This document shows positions 42,600 to 58,155 of a stretch of 64,000 nt of DNA, in pieces. The notes beneath the pieces were generated by a model. The model did no database searches. It was not told where the DNA came from and was given only the letters and a program-made list of their open reading frames with translations. Both the position numbers and the translations under genes were made by a program. The first letter of the stretch is position 1, and each line of letters starts with the position of its first letter. Location of the stretch: the NCBI GenBank assembly GCA_964016885.1, contig OZ024743.1, positions 243,846,001-243,910,000 on the forward strand. Reading direction: 5' to 3'. This DNA comes from Eledone cirrhosa. Lineage: Eukaryota.

Positions 42600-44229
42600 T
42601 TAGCTGTTTCTGCCCCAGTAGACCCATTGAGGTAGATCCCCCACCATAATCTCAATGGTTAAAAAGTCTCCCATGGGAAGATGGAATGGATGGACCAAAG
42701 CCATACGGATACCCCAAAACAATGATCGGGTGAGAAAACTGGTCGCACATGCAATAGGGGCTAGTATTAAAACTACCCTAAAGGACCACATGTTTAAATT
42801 TAACGAAAAGATCTACACCCAGAATGAGGGAGCAGCCATTGGCGTCAGCATAGCTGGTGATGTTGCCAATCTATTTATGGTATGGTGGGAAAGGAGACTC
42901 AAAGAACTCCTTGAAGAGAGCTCCATAGACCTCGTCCTGTACTCTAGTTACGTAGACGATATTAATATAGTAATAAGAACACCCCCACAAGAGAGTATTA
43001 AGAGTAGATAGCACGATGGAAAGCATCCAGCATATAGCTAACTCCATACACCAGAGTATAACCGTAACCGTTGACTACCCTTCTAAACACCCTAACAGTA
43101 GACTAACAGTATTAGACACGGAACTCTAGGTTAACACTATAGACGAGAGGGCCCAAATTCTCCACTCACACTATGCTAAACCCATGACCTCCAAATACCT
43201 GATACTAAAAAACTCAGCAATGTCTAATAGTGCTAAGTTTAATATTCTGATCGCAATTAAATGATCGGAATTAGCTAACCAATGTAGAAATACCCACTTA
43301 AAGATTATAGTGGTAGAAAAGCCAGGAACTACCATAAAATCCCTGATCAGCAAAACATACCCCTTTAAGAAAACCCACTGTACTAATAAGAAATGTGTTA
43401 TATGTAAAATGAACCAGCAGATATATTGTAAAACTAGAAATGTAATCTATAGCATAAGATGTACAGAGGGTACTTGCAGAAACATGACAACGACATACAT
43501 GACAACTCGAAGCATAGGAGAACGAATAGACCAACTAAAAGAACAAAAAATGGTTCAGTACTATACGAACACGCCAGACAAAGTCATGACGGTAATATAG
43601 ACAACATAGAAATTAAAATAATATCTAAACATAGAAATGACTCAAAAAGTAGGCAAATCAGAGAAGCAACTGAGATAGAGCTTAGAAGACCAAAATTAAA
43701 CAGAAAAAATGAATGGAATAACAACAACAACCATACCCAAACAAACAATACTGACTTAAGGGAAATGTAAATAAATAAATAAATATATACACAAGTACAA
43801 TAACAACAAACACATATAAACACACAAGTAAACAAAGATAGAATACAAAAACATAAACACGCACACATACACTCAAATGCGAAGACACACACCAAACCTT
43901 ATACACATGCGTAGAGACGGAGACAATAATAAATAAATAAATAAAGTAAAAATGGCGTAGACATTACAGTACAATACAATAGAATGGGAGGAAACATAAT
44001 AGTACCACTGATGATGTTGCAGATGTGTGACTAAAGAACTTTGATAGACTATATATATATTTATATCTGTATTTTTTAACCGTTGGTCAATCAATGATAA
44101 ACATTGATTGCCAAATGAATTAACTATGGAGATATAAAAGTTACAGAAGCGAAAACCAGCCAAACGGTGAGTGTGTTCTGTTATTATTTCTGGCAATATT
44201 ATTACAACAATATGACCCTCCCCAAGTAT

Positions 44230-44235
<6 letters not shown>
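42600..44235 (+). pseudogene. Decayed Naiad-type PLE (RT plus GIY-YIG, internal deletions)
   Basis: GAAIGVSIAGDVANLFM, YVDDINIV, TVDYPSKHPNSRLTVLD, HYAKPMTSK, VEKPGTTIKSLI, C..C..CKTRNVIYSIRC, RQIREA, LNRKNEWN; decayed CTGATGA hairpin at 44008; ends at (TA)n. Confidence 0.8.
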
Positions 44236-44322
<87 letters not shown>

Positions 44323-47007
44323 AAATGAAATGGCTATAATAGAAAGTGAGTTCACTGAAAACCTACCACCTGCTCCATATTAATGCTGTTACAGTAATTT
44401 TGTTTCTGTATTTCTTATAAACATACAGTGTATATGTGTAGCAAGTACTCTATAGGCAAATTGGCTTAACCTTTCCAGCAATTCTCAACCCATATTAAAT
44501 TGTTTACGTTTGAAATATTTGATAAAATGTAAAATGTTCAAGAATGTTATACAATAGACCATAGGTATAAAGGCCATAACGCAACATTTACTGCAAACAA
44601 AATCTGAAGAACATTTCCCCAAGAATAGTATCAAATATTAGGTGTGCCCAATTGGAACATATATATACAGGAGAAAAAAGTTGTGGAAGATAAGTGACTT
44701 GGAAAACTGGGTCACGAGGATAAAAGGTTGTGAACTGCTTCTTTATAGCTACTATTGTCCTTTTGTGTAAAGATAGGTGATTTTCTTTTACAGTTTAATA
44801 GATAAAATACAGAGATAATAAGTTGACTAATTTGTCGATTAAAGCCATAGAAATATCTAGGTGCATAAAGGGTATACATTGAGATTAAATTGAAATGTCG
44901 ATGACAACATATTTCGATGACTTTTCAACAATACTTTCAGCTACTGAAGTCCCTTAAATATTAACCTCGTGTCGAACTTCTTAAATACTAACCAAGAGGG
45001 TTCGACAACAATAAATGTTGCACTTTCACAGAATTGCCAACAAAAAGGAAATATAAAATATAGTTTGCTAATTTATTTTCGTGAATGAAATATATAAAGG
45101 AAAAAAAGAAAAGAAAACGAGAACGATAGAACGTATTCAAGAAGCATTAAATAGGTTCATATTGAAGAGTTTTATTACTTGATATATTATGCTTTCTTTA
45201 TTTCCTTTCTCTCTTTTTACTGGTTGACAAACACGAATGAATACATCTTTATATGTTTAGCAATATTAGAGAAACGAGCGCTCAACTAACTGACGTATAC
45301 TAGTTTATTTCTTTACATGACTTAAAGGGTAAATAGGAGAATCCGTGACCTTTTTCATAGTTCCCGAGACTGTCAAGAAGGACGAAGTTATTCTCAGATC
45401 GGAGACCTAGTCCGAATGCTTGCAACAGAGTGAACTCTAAAGGCACCCAAGAACCAGTTGGTAGTGTTAAACCAGGAGAGGGATTACCGGATATATTTAA
45501 TATAAGTCGAGAAATATTTGACAAAAATTTCGATGGTAAATTTCGATGGTATTACACCGGTTGCACTTTGGAGGTGAAATTTCGACTTTTTTTTATGTGC
45601 TTTGAAAGACTATGGCCTTCAAAATAGTCGGAAATTAGTAAAAATAATAATTAGGTAATGGAGTTGTGAAACAAAAATTATACTCTGAACGACACTTAAA
45701 ACATTTAAAACACCAAAATATTAAAACTTCATAAATATATTCTCTACTCATAAGAATTTCAAACCGTGCCAGCTAAATATGTGTTGATTAGCTGCCTCGG
45801 CTTACGGGATTTGGATTTTTGCCCATTTCTCAGGCATAAAATAGGGATCGACTGATATTCGGATCGGATTATTTTCAAGTATAAACAGTAAGTTTACCAC
45901 TCTAGTAGAATCATCTAAAGTCACGCAAGGGCTAGGTCGTTGGGGTGGCAGAGGTGTTAGTAGTATAGCGAATGACTAATTATTATGTCCACCACCCAAG
46001 TGGTCTTCGCTAAAGTATATGACCAGGTGGTGATGTTAAAACTGGGTGACAGATTAAGTTTATCACGCTAGTGGATTATGCAAAGGGTATTCACTGTGGA
46101 AAACTGGGTGACAGATTAAGAACTTCGATATTGGGAGAGATGAAAAGCTTGCAGTTGGAGTAGAATCTTCTAAAGGCACCCAAGAGTGATGTGGTGGTGT
46201 GAAACCGGAGACTGATTAAGTCTACAGCAAATCCAACAGCGGGATTTTAACTCAGTGCACAATGAGCTGGAACAAGTATCGCAAGACGCACTAACGATTC
46301 CGATGCACTAATAACTTCAGTTCACTACCCAAGACTACCGAAAGAATGAAATACATTGTGACATATGCTCTAGTGATTCTGTAAGTTCGCCACCTAATGT
46401 CCCGAGCTAGTGTTTGTTTTTTGTAGCGTTTTTAATTTCATTAATTACTTTAATTAACGATATATAGTCCTCTTTGAAACCTTGCAACAAAATATATTCT
46501 TCCCTTGCTTATCCAGACTACTTGTCCAGTGCTGATTCTCTTTCATTCTTTCGATTTATTCTTCCTTTTAAAATGTTGTCTCAGTCTTTTGCATGTGTCG
46601 GTTGTGGAAGCCACACATGTTCTTACTCTTCCTCGAGAGGCCATTATACATTTCCAACGCCGTTTTATTCTCTCTGTCGTTTGTGTGCATCATTTTAGTC
46701 TACTGTATTTTGCCTACATTCTTTTGTGCTCTGTTCCTGATGTCTTCCAGGTATGGGTATTTTCTTTCATCCCCTGTGTCATATGTAATCTGACGATTAT
46801 ACATAACAATTATTTTCCTTGACGCCATTTTGTCTCGTCTCTCATCCTATTTCATAATTTCAGGAAGCGTCTTGTCTAGTTTGGCTTTTTGGCAGCAGTA
46901 GATTTCTGGGGTTGAGTTTTTTACCCTTACTACTAAAAACCGACTAATATCCCGAACAGGTGGCTAATGTTTGAAACTGTTCGTTTTTGTTTTAGATCTC
47001 TCCTCTC

Positions 47008-47144
<137 letters not shown>

Positions 47145-47259
47145 TATGTATGTATGTGGGTGATTATATATGCACGTATGTTTTTCTCTAATTTTTTCTG
47201 TTCTTTCCCCTTCTCATTATTTATCTTTCTATTTCATCTCTTATTTCTAATTCTATCCT

Positions 47260-47349
47260 CCGATAAAAGACTAGTGTTCGAAACGTTAAGATTATTTTAC
47301 TTTATTTCTTCAATGTCTTATATAGTCTGCTTAGTTATTTCTGTTTACT

Positions 47350-47431
<82 letters not shown>

Positions 47432-47548
47432 ATATATATAAAGATCTGTTTTCTTTTTTTTACTCACATGTCTTCTTTTTCTTCTCCCACCGAACACCGT
47501 CTTACCGCTGTTTCTATCTTTCGATGAAGAACTAGCGTGCGAAATGTT
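47260..47548 (+). ncRNA. Two decayed hammerhead cores of the 3450 family (47260-47287 and 47521-47548)
   Basis: ccgataaaagactagtgttcgaaacgtt and tcgatgaagaactagcgtgcgaaatgtt. Confidence 0.5.
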
Positions 47549-47805
47549 AAGGTTCAAAATTTATCAAGCGTTAAACTAATATATCATTGTAGTACTGCAT
47601 TGTTCTCTTGTATACCGATAATCACAACCATCCTATTTCAAAAGTCTTCATCCAGATTTCCCACATTTTCTCTTTACCGCCACCTCCCTCACCATACTCA
47701 CACTGACCAACACAACTACCCTATCCACATAAACCTCTATCCCTTCTCCTTTCTATATTTTTAGCCCCCCGCCCCTCCCCCTCCCCCTCCTCCCCCTACT
47801 GTTCT

Positions 47806-47885
47806 ATTCGTATGAAATCATCAGGTCATTCCTGATGATTTCATACGAATGAAACACTTCTAGTCCTGTAGAAGTCATTTTTTAT
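47806..47885 (+). mobile_element. Mini fold-back of the 3823 family with hammerhead core at 47832
   Basis: attcgtatgaaatcatcagg-tcatt-cctgatgatttcatacgaat then gaaacacttctagtcctgtag. Confidence 0.75.
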
Positions 47886-47890
47886 ATTAA

Positions 47891-48017
47891 ATAATTGTTT
47901 CTACTTTTGGCACAAGGCCTGTAATTAAACAGTACATTACTGGTACTTTATTTTATCGACCCCCGTAAGGATGAAAGGCAAAGTTAATCTCGACGGGATT
48001 TGAACTCAGACCGTAAA
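47891..48017 (-). mobile_element. SINE family A
   Basis: Reverse complement of core and tail. Confidence 0.85.
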
Positions 48018-48141
48018 TGATGCTTACACTCCACTACTGTATTGAGTGTATTGAGTACCTTTTTTAAACCGTGGCTACCCCCCTACCCCCGATATTACTC
48101 GGGATCTACATCTATATACATACAAACACACACACACACTC

Positions 48142-48259
<118 letters not shown>

Positions 48260-48497
48260 GACATATGTGTATATGTGTATGCAATACGCACCGAAGAGCA
48301 GGCATCTCATTATGATGTGTATATACAAGACTATTAGATATGGCTTTCTGAACCGAGTTACTCTTCACCACGTAAAACACATTTCTACGGCAGGTGTGTT
48401 TATTAATTAACTTATTCCTATGTGTGTTGTGCATATTTCTGAATATGTGTATGTTTATGTCTACGTGTGTGTGTGTGAGTGTGTGAGTGTTTGTGTG

Positions 48498-48573
<76 letters not shown>

Positions 48574-48717
48574 TGTGTGAGTGTGTGTGTGTTTGTATAT
48601 ATGTGCTTGTTTGTATATATGTGCTTGTGTCACTGCATGTGGTTATATGTAGATGTGTCAACGTTGGTGCCTGCTTATAGAATGACTGAAAGAGAATTAC
48701 TGAATAAATACATAAAG

Positions 48718-48748
<31 letters not shown>

Positions 48749-49209
48749 TGTATGTATGTATGTATGTATGTATGTATGTATGTATGTATGTATGTATGTA
48801 TGCATGTATGTATGTATGTATGTATGTATGCATGTATGCATGTATGTATGCATGTATGTATTATGTATGTATGTATGCATATGTATGTATGTATGCATGT
48901 GTATGTGTGTATGTATATGTATGTATTATGCATGTGTATGTGTGTTTGTATATATGTATGCATGTATCTATGCACATGTATTTATGTATATATTTATGTA
49001 TGTATGTATATATATATATATATGTATGTATCTATGTACGTATGTATGTTTTCATGCATATGTATGTATATGTATTCGTATATATGTATATTTAGAGAGA
49101 GAGAGAGAGAGAGAGAGAGGGGGAGAGAGAGAGAGAGAGAAAGAGAGAATACATCTAGCAGGTGTATATATTAATGAACTCTTAAACAAACAAACACATT
49201 CAGATTAGT

Positions 49210-49920
<711 letters not shown>

Positions 49921-49921
49921 T

Positions 49922-50080
49922 ATCTTATCTTAGATTCTTTCGAGCAGTAAGTACTCGCCAACGGATACGATCAGCGGCAACTTTTTCGAGACCGTGCCAG
50001 GTGTTGTTGGCTGCCATCAGATCCTTCCGAAACGTTCGTCGCCAGGTGATCCTTGGGCAACCCCGCCTCTGTTTACCGCC
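49922..50080 (-). mobile_element. RTE LINE 3' stub
   Basis: [21 protein letters not shown]...W...AADRIRWR followed by a (TAAGA)n tail. Confidence 0.8.
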
Positions 50081-50086
50081 ATATAA

Positions 50087-50149
<63 letters not shown>

Positions 50150-50153
<4 letters not shown>

Positions 50154-50481
50154 TAAACGGAATAGAAAATGCTGACAAATTGTTCACAGTTGAAAAATAG
50201 TTTAATTAGGAATAATTGAGAATTAGTAATTGTATTGGTTAGTAATCAGTTTTGGTTTTAAGTTTTACCGGTTGCGCATTTCTAAATGCTCTGATCAGAG
50301 CAAAGCAAACATCACGGACGCTCTATCTCAAAATTATTTTTGAAAAGCATTTAGAAATGCGCAACCGGTAAAACTTAAAACCAAAACTGATTACTAACCA
50401 ATACAATTACTAATTCTCACTTATTCCTAATTAAACTATTTTTCACTGTGAACAATTTGTCAGCATTTTCTATTCCGTTTA

Positions 50482-50485
<4 letters not shown>
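50150..50485. mobile_element. Symmetric fold-back element with 140-bp inverted arms in (TA)n
   Basis: ttggtaaacgg...ctaaatgct / agcatttag...ccgtttaccaa; 55-nt spacer. Confidence 0.85.
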
Positions 50486-50536
<51 letters not shown>

Positions 50537-50662
50537 TAAGAACAAAAGATGGTTAAAGGAGTTCCATGTATTTTATTATGCGCCTCCAGTCCTACGAACT
50601 GTAGAGTGCTTCTCATCCGATATCTGCATTGCTTTATTGTACTACAATAAAAATCACCTCCT

Positions 50663-50725
<63 letters not shown>

Positions 50726-50784
50726 AAGAATGAAACAGTTCTAGTCCTGTAGAATCTCATCTATATTAAAACTTTTATACTCTG

Positions 50785-50816
<32 letters not shown>

Positions 50817-51083
50817 CTATTTAGCATTCTCTCTCTTTCTTTTGTCTTTTTCTCTAACACGGATATTTACATATTTAAATATTTAACATTTATATACTTA
50901 TGTGTTTATTTATTTATTTATTTATTCTATACTTATATCTCGCTACTTACCCCTCTCCATCATATTTAGTTTCTCACACTTTTACTTATGGTATATAAAT
51001 ATTGAGTGTTGTTGTAATAAATCACTGCCAAGACTGGAATTGAACCATCAGCACAGTTGAGGTATGTCATACATCAATTTATG

Positions 51084-51151
51084 TATGTTATCTGATGAGG
51101 ACGTACTGAAAAAACAGCACAGTACCTCCGAAATATATATAATAAAACATA
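51084..51151 (+). ncRNA. Complete type I hammerhead ribozyme candidate
   Basis: tatg-ttat-CTGATGA-gga.c.gtactg...cagtac.c.tcc-GAAA-t-atat-at-A-ataa-aa-cata; predicted cleavage after 51141. Confidence 0.8.
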
Positions 51152-51191
51152 TATTTTGATTATGTGAATGTATCCTTTTATTAATATTTTG

Positions 51192-51241
<50 letters not shown>

Positions 51242-51619
51242 CAGGGGCGAAGGGTCCGTGCATACAACGCATGCAGTGCATGCGTTATAGAATTTTGAGC
51301 TGATCAATTGCGTCGGTTGAAGCAAGCAGAATTTTGACTGCTTACTAAATCATAGATACATAAAAAGATAACACACACACACACATACACACAAACACAC
51401 GACAACTTTGGGGCAAGCAGAATTTTGACTGCTTACTAAATCGTAGACACATAAAAAGATAACACACGCACACGCAAACACACACTAGATAACACTACAT
51501 GCGGCTTTGACCGGGAGGGTCATTTATAGTGAATTGGGGGGGGGGGGGCTGCACAGCCCCACTTTCCGCCATGGCGATCGGACTGCATGCCCTGCTTTCC
51601 AGGTTACCCTTCGCCACTG
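51242..51619. mobile_element. hAT-type MITE
   Basis: TIRs caggggcgaagggt / acccttcgccactg (13/14), decayed 8-bp TSD atacacac/atatatac, internal 55-bp duplication. Confidence 0.7.
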
Positions 51620-52139
51620 ATATATACATATATAATATAACCAGGACAATACAATACGTGGTGAAAGTTTACATCGTTCAGTGAGTCACTGTAAGTTGAA
51701 AAGAAATCACTCAGTGCGATATTTTCTTATTTAATACAACCGAATACATTAAATATAAAGGATTCAACCTTAACTGATTTTCAGCTGACATCTTTGATTG
51801 TTAAATACTTGTCATTAGAGACGTCTGTGGTAGTTGGTGTCAGTAGTGGTGGTTGTGACTGTAGTGGTGATGTGAATTGTTGTTGTTGCTGTGATAGGCT
51901 GGAAGTTATAGTTTTATTTGTTCATGTGAATGGAGCCAGCGTGATATTATCGTCGTCGTTGTTATTATTGTTGTTACTGCTGTCAGTACATTGAGTGGAA
52001 GTGTTTATTATAATGAAGCTAATTTAAGTACACCTACATATGTAACCGAAACACTGCCAGCCTTTGACATCCACAACCACCTATCACATTTTCCCTAAGT
52101 AACTTATCCCACCACCACCACCATCATCATTTACACGAA

Positions 52140-52690
52140 TCACTTCTATGATAGAAAGGGGGAGAGAAAGGGGGAGAGAAAGGGGGAGAGGAGGATGAGA
52201 GCGCAGAGGAAAAGGGAGGAGAGAGAATCTGACAGAGAAAGAGAAAGGACAGACAGAGAAGGGGAGAGAGTGAGAGTCGGATAGAAAGAAAGAGAAAGAA
52301 AGAAGAGGAGAGAGGGGGGGAGTGAGGCAGACAGTGAGAACGAAATGGAGGTAGAGAAAAATGCAAATAGATAGAAAGAGAAAAGGTAGGGAGAGAGAGA
52401 TGGAGTAGAGAAAAAGTGAGTGAGAGGGAAAGAGATGTAGATAGAGAGAAAGTGAGGGATGGGGAGAGAGAAAGACATGGGACAAAGAGATAGTAAGAGA
52501 AAGAGATGGGGTAGAGAAAAAGTGAAAGAAAGAGAGAGAAGGAAGGAAAGATAGAAGTACAGAAAAAGGAGAGAGAGAGAGAGAAAGAGAGAGAAAGAAA
52601 GAGAGAGAGAGAGAGGAGAGAAAGAGAAAGAACGAGGAAAGGTGAGTGATAGATTGTGGAAGAGAGAGAGAGTGAAAGAGATGGGTCTGA
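52140..52690. repeat. Degenerate GA-rich low-complexity tract
   Basis: Seen directly. Confidence 0.85.
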
Positions 52691-53190
52691 GAAAAAATGT
52701 GTGTGTGTGTGTGTGTAAGAAAGAGTTGTTTTCTGGCCTGCCTGCTGCATCACTGCCTCACAATATTTTCCCAGGGTCGATAAAATAAAGTACCAGTCAC
52801 GTGTACTGGGTCGAATTAATCGACTTCACCTCCCCCAAATTGCTGGCCTTGTGCCTATATAAGAAACCAATATTTTCCCCTCGTGTAAAGTGACGTCAAT
52901 GTATTGTTGACGAGAAATATCTGCCCCAAACTCTGTCTTAAATCACATCCTAAATGGCATATTGGACAATTGTGCCAAAAGTAGAAACAATTATTCCTCA
53001 TATACAAAATGATGAAAATATCATAAATGGATTACATTTCATTATAGATCTGTTCAGGGCAATTATGAGAATAAGCGACAACAATCAGGTTTACTTCGAG
53101 CCAATGAATGAAGCCTACGCTTGAAATAGCAACCAAATTTTCCTACAGAAAAGACTCATTGGACAATGTTAAGCTATATATACAAAAAGA

Positions 53191-53269
<79 letters not shown>

Positions 53270-53271
<2 letters not shown>

Positions 53272-53740
53272 TATTAAAATAACAGAGTAAAGTTTAAGCA
53301 AAGAATCGCTGCTTTCACTCTTAACGGGATCTTCTGAAACTAAAACAATCAATCTGTGAACGCAGAAGTAAATATTTCCAAAAAGGTTGCAACCGAAGGA
53401 AGGCAGGAAGACGATACTTTGGTTCGTGGAAACGTTCCCTGGCAATGAACGAAAAAAAAACGAAGATAAAACGTAATTATTTGGAGCGTTGAGAACAATT
53501 ACACGCAAAGACAAAACCACATTTATGGTATAAATGAATATTAGTCTACGACTACGTCTTCACGAACCAAAGTATCGTTTTCCTGTCTTCCTTCGGTTGC
53601 AACGTTTTTCGAAATATTTACTTCTGCGTTCACAGATTCATTTTTTCAGTTTCAGAAGATCCCGTTAAGGGTGAAAGCAGCGATTCTTTGCTTAAACTTT
53701 AATCTGTTATTTTAATAAATATTTGCTCTACGGTTCTTAT
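53270..53740. mobile_element. Fold-back insert with 165-bp arms and short tail
   Basis: Arms 53270-53435 and 53554-53718; hammerhead-like cagaaga-t-ccc-gttaa-ggg-t-gaaa at 53653-53676. Confidence 0.8.
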
Positions 53741-53835
53741 ATATTTGATATATATTTATCCTTATCGAGCCCTCTTTGGATTTTAGTCTTCAAAGTTATT
53801 ATTATTACTATATATATATATATTTATTTATATAT

Positions 53836-53943
<108 letters not shown>

Positions 53944-53980
53944 GTGTGTGTGTATCTACATATGTATGTGTGTATGTATG

Positions 53981-54038
<58 letters not shown>

Positions 54039-54108
54039 GATATATATATATATATTACGTTTCGATCTAGTGATCTTCATAGTCTGCTTGCACTTACACG
54101 TATATATA

Positions 54109-55747
54109 CAATACAACTCTATTGAATGTGCACTTTATGCAAATTTCTTGTTTTCAACATATTTGGCTGATAAACAAGTTAGAGACATTTGAAGTATGTC
54201 AAATTTTCATATTTTAATCTTTATGTATTATTCGCTCATTTTATAACATAATTACATTAAAAATTCGCTTTTATATATTAAGTGGTATATGAGTCATTTA
54301 GCATAGAACAGCCAAATTTCACATTGAATCGCGCTAGACTCTAAGCGATATAGTAACTTAGCATTTATTTTTATTTAAAAAAACTTTTTATAATTCATAT
54401 TTAACATATTTTATTCATTTTTATTTAATATTTCGTGAAACTTCCTTTTGCAGCAATCACTGCTGTAACTCGTCTTAGCATGTTCTCAATATACTGTCTT
54501 GCAAGGTCTGACATCCTAGGATCTCGGTGCCAAACATCAATAAGCCTCAGAATTAGTTCTTGCTTATTTGCACATGTAATTGTTTCTATTTCGTTCTTTA
54601 CATCATTCCATAAACCCATATCAGTACTGTTTCCTGGCCAGTCGAGAAGCATGATTCCTACATTCAAAATGTTTCTTCATCTTTTTGGTATGACAAGGTC
54701 TTGTTGAAATATAAAATCATTATCCGGAAACCACTCTTGCAGCCGGGGTAGTACCCGATGATCAATTATGTCTTTGTACTTAACTGAGTTCATTATACCC
54801 TCCTCTATCTGGTGGTGGCCAGTACCGTATTAAGAAATTACTGACCCCACCTTAACTTTGGTGGGGTATTTCACTTTCTGCTTTAAGCAGTTCGGATGAT
54901 CTTTTTCAAAAGATTTTCTTCTAACGAACTTTCTTCGTTCATCCAGAATTTGAATCATCGATGCCTCGAAAAAACAGACCCTCTTCCAGCCTACTACTCT
55001 CCAGTTTTTGTGTTTCCTTGCCTTGCCCAATCCAGTCTATTCTTCTTAGCGGCCTTCGCCAGTTTCGGTTTCTTCATTGGTCATGAACGCACGAAATCCA
55101 AGGTGCTTCAATTATCTTCGAACGGTTGATGGTGCAGCAATGACTCTGTATGCTTTCCATGCTGTTGGCAACTCTCTTGATGTGATGGATTGCGACTTCT
55201 TCGCAAGAGTAGACAAAACTCTGAGCTGTCTAGGCGAAGTGATAGGTTTTCTTCCACAGTTACCGACTCGTTTATGAGTTATTGTACCTTCATTTTTCGA
55301 ACAATTTCTTATTCTTGTAGGCTGAACCTGATACCTCTATTCAATTTAACTGCAATTTCATTCACTGAATAACTGTTGGTTTCGAAATAAACCTTCAGTT
55401 GTGCCATCTCCTCCGATGTCAAATTTGTTTTCGGCATATTAATATCAGTTTCACTTCGGTATTGAACTTAAGAGTACTAGTAATTGAACAGTTGAAGGAG
55501 GCTTATAAATACATAAATATTTGCATAGGTCACAGCATTTTTGGAGCTGTAATTATTATAGATCCATTATAAAAAATATATATCAACTGAAGTATATATT
55601 ATAGTAATATTTAACAAGCTCAATATTTAAGGATTACAAAGAGCATAAAAATATTAATTTTTTATCTAGTTAATATATCAAAATAAGTACTATATGTTGA
55701 GAACGCGCGATTTGGGAAGAATTTGCATATTAAATAGAGCAGTACTG
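54109..55747 (-). mobile_element. Decayed Tc1-family DNA transposon
   Basis: TA-flanked degenerate TIRs CAATACAACTCTATTGAATGTGCA / CAGTACTGCTCTATTTAATATGCA. Confidence 0.8.
54425..55437 (-). pseudogene. Tc1 transposase (frameshifted)
   Basis: MPKTNLT, GNCGRKPITSPR, WKRVCFFEAS, FVRRK, FQQD, LDWPGNSTDM, AVIAAKGSFTKY*. Confidence 0.85.
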
Positions 55748-55793
55748 TATATACCATTATACTACCGAGGTCACGCGCGCGCGCGCGCGCACG

Positions 55794-55973
<180 letters not shown>

Positions 55974-56581
55974 CATTATTTAACGTCGTTTCGTTATGAT
56001 GTTAATGAGAAATAAAATATAACCAAATACTGCGAAATAAATCATACATAGGCAATACCATAATGATGTATAAAAGGGTTCAATGAGTGCTCCAGAAGAT
56101 GGCCTGGATTTTGGGGTTCTCCGAATTTCTGTATTAAAATGTACTTTTGATCATATTAAAAGAACATAAATGCTATGCCATTTATTGGACTCTTGATTCG
56201 TAATTGAAACTTAGGTACACCGTTTTGACATATGGAGTGTCTTGAGAATTTATACTTAGCCAAGCTCAGCTCTATCCATTAAACGCAGTCGATTTCTTCT
56301 AGAAAAATATATAGAGAGAAAATGAGAGAGAAAGAGGGAGAGAGAGAGGAGAGAGAATAAACTGACCCTAGTAATGGACTGGTACCTTATTTACTGGCGT
56401 GTACTCAGAGTGTAGAGGATCGGAACAAATACCGCAAACCATTCTATCCAACATATTATAAAGAAAGGCAAACATCTAAATAAGATAAATCAAAAACATA
56501 AAAATCAGTTCTAGAGAACAACACACTACAATAATGGTATAATGCTTATAAGAAGTTAGGATAAAAAAAAAAACCCCCTTT

Positions 56582-56609
56582 AAAGTTTCGGACGCTAGTC
56601 TTTCATTGA
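56582..56609 (-). ncRNA. Decayed hammerhead core of the 3450 family
   Basis: tcaatgaaagactagcgtccgaaacttt. Confidence 0.45.
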
Positions 56610-56932
56610 AAAGTGAATAAAAAGAGAAGAGACAATATGTTTGAGAGAGAAGAAAAAGAAGGATAGACGAGGGTCAAAAAAGAAAAAAATGAAAACGAAG
56701 AAAAAAGTCAAGAATCAGCCACCATAGAAAAAAATATCAACAGGAGCCAGTTCTTGCTCTTATTATTTGTTACTAACCTTGCGATAGAGATATGGAACCT
56801 ATTGAATTAAGATGAAGTTTTGAAGATAGCAATAATTGTCAATTTAAATTTTCATTGAGTGATTAAATCGTATGATCTCCCCTCCTCTCTCTATCTCTCT
56901 ATCTACCTATTATATTAGGTTATTATATTAGT

Positions 56933-57122
56933 GGGGTGGATTGGCAGTATCGATAGAGCGTCAGACACCATGCTTTGCAGCATAGAGTTATGGCCTTTTA
57001 CGGTCTGAGTTCAAATCCCGCTGAGGTTAACTTTGCCTTTCATCTTTACGGGGTCGATAAAATAAAGCACCAGTAATGCACTGGGGAAATTGCTAGCCTT
57101 GTGGCAAGAGTAGAAACAATTA
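56933..57122 (+). mobile_element. SINE family A
   Basis: Full head, core and tail. Confidence 0.9.
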
Positions 57123-57249
57123 TATTAAAGACCTCATTCGCTTAATGAGTGGGGTGGAGCTCATCAAATCGGACCAAGGAAACAATGTCCCCATTGGTCT
57201 TTCCAATTACTAATACTCTATGTCAGTTGCAAATCGAGGCAGAAGGATC

Positions 57250-57345
57250 AACGTGAAATAAAGTATCTTGCTGAAGGACATAACGCATCGCCCGGTCCGG
57301 GAATCAAAATCACAACCTTACGATTGCGAATACACGCGCCTTCAC
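57250..57345 (-). mobile_element. SINE family B head
   Basis: caacgtgaaataaagt...ccgggaatc...cacgcgccttca. Confidence 0.7.
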
Positions 57346-57400
57346 ATAGTAGATGCACAACTTATAAATAACACTTAAAACGTGTTCATATTCATACTTA

Positions 57401-57453
57401 ATACTTGGTGGTTATTTGTAATTAGACCGTGGAAATTCCACGGCGTCAGCTAG
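57401..57453 (+). mobile_element. Helitron 3' terminus (related copy at 59101-59154)
   Basis: Hairpin ccgtgg-aaatt-ccacgg followed by cgtcagCTAG|T. Confidence 0.65.
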
Positions 57454-57665
57454 TTGATGTTTCTGTAGTATAAAAAGTCTGTACAACTGGAAAGGGGATG
57501 GTAAGAGTGTATGTGAGAGAGAACATACCAGAAACAGAGTGTGTGTGTGAGAGAACAAGAGATAGAGAGAGGAGGGTGGGGAATAACTTCAGTCATTTAT
57601 TAAGTTTATTCCATTGTGTTGTATATATGTGATTCAATACTGTAATATATATATATATATCAATA

Positions 57666-57707
<42 letters not shown>

Positions 57708-57742
57708 TATATATATACACACATATATATATCTGAATATAT

Positions 57743-57776
<34 letters not shown>

Positions 57777-57778
57777 GA

Positions 57779-57846
<68 letters not shown>

Positions 57847-57868
57847 GTATGAATATATACATATATAT

Positions 57869-57901
<33 letters not shown>

Positions 57902-57962
57902 CATATATATGTGTGTGTGTGTGTGTGTGTATGAAAAGATACATATAAATATAAATATATAT

Positions 57963-58155
57963 ATAGGAAAAAGTATGACGCCGACGGCAGAGCTCAAGCC
58001 GTTTCGACGGGTATTTCTGTACAGAAATAGCCGTGGAAACGGCTCGAGCTCTGCCGTCGGGGTCATACTTTTTCCTATTTCCCACTCTACTACCTTAAGT
58101 ATTGAGTACTCTGGTGCGCTATGGTCCATCTGGTTCCTTACCACAATTCCTTCGT

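Noticed and set aside
43770-44235. SECIS in the Naiad-like 3' region
   Set aside because: No convincing AUGA/GA stem, and no in-frame TGA at conserved Cys positions seen
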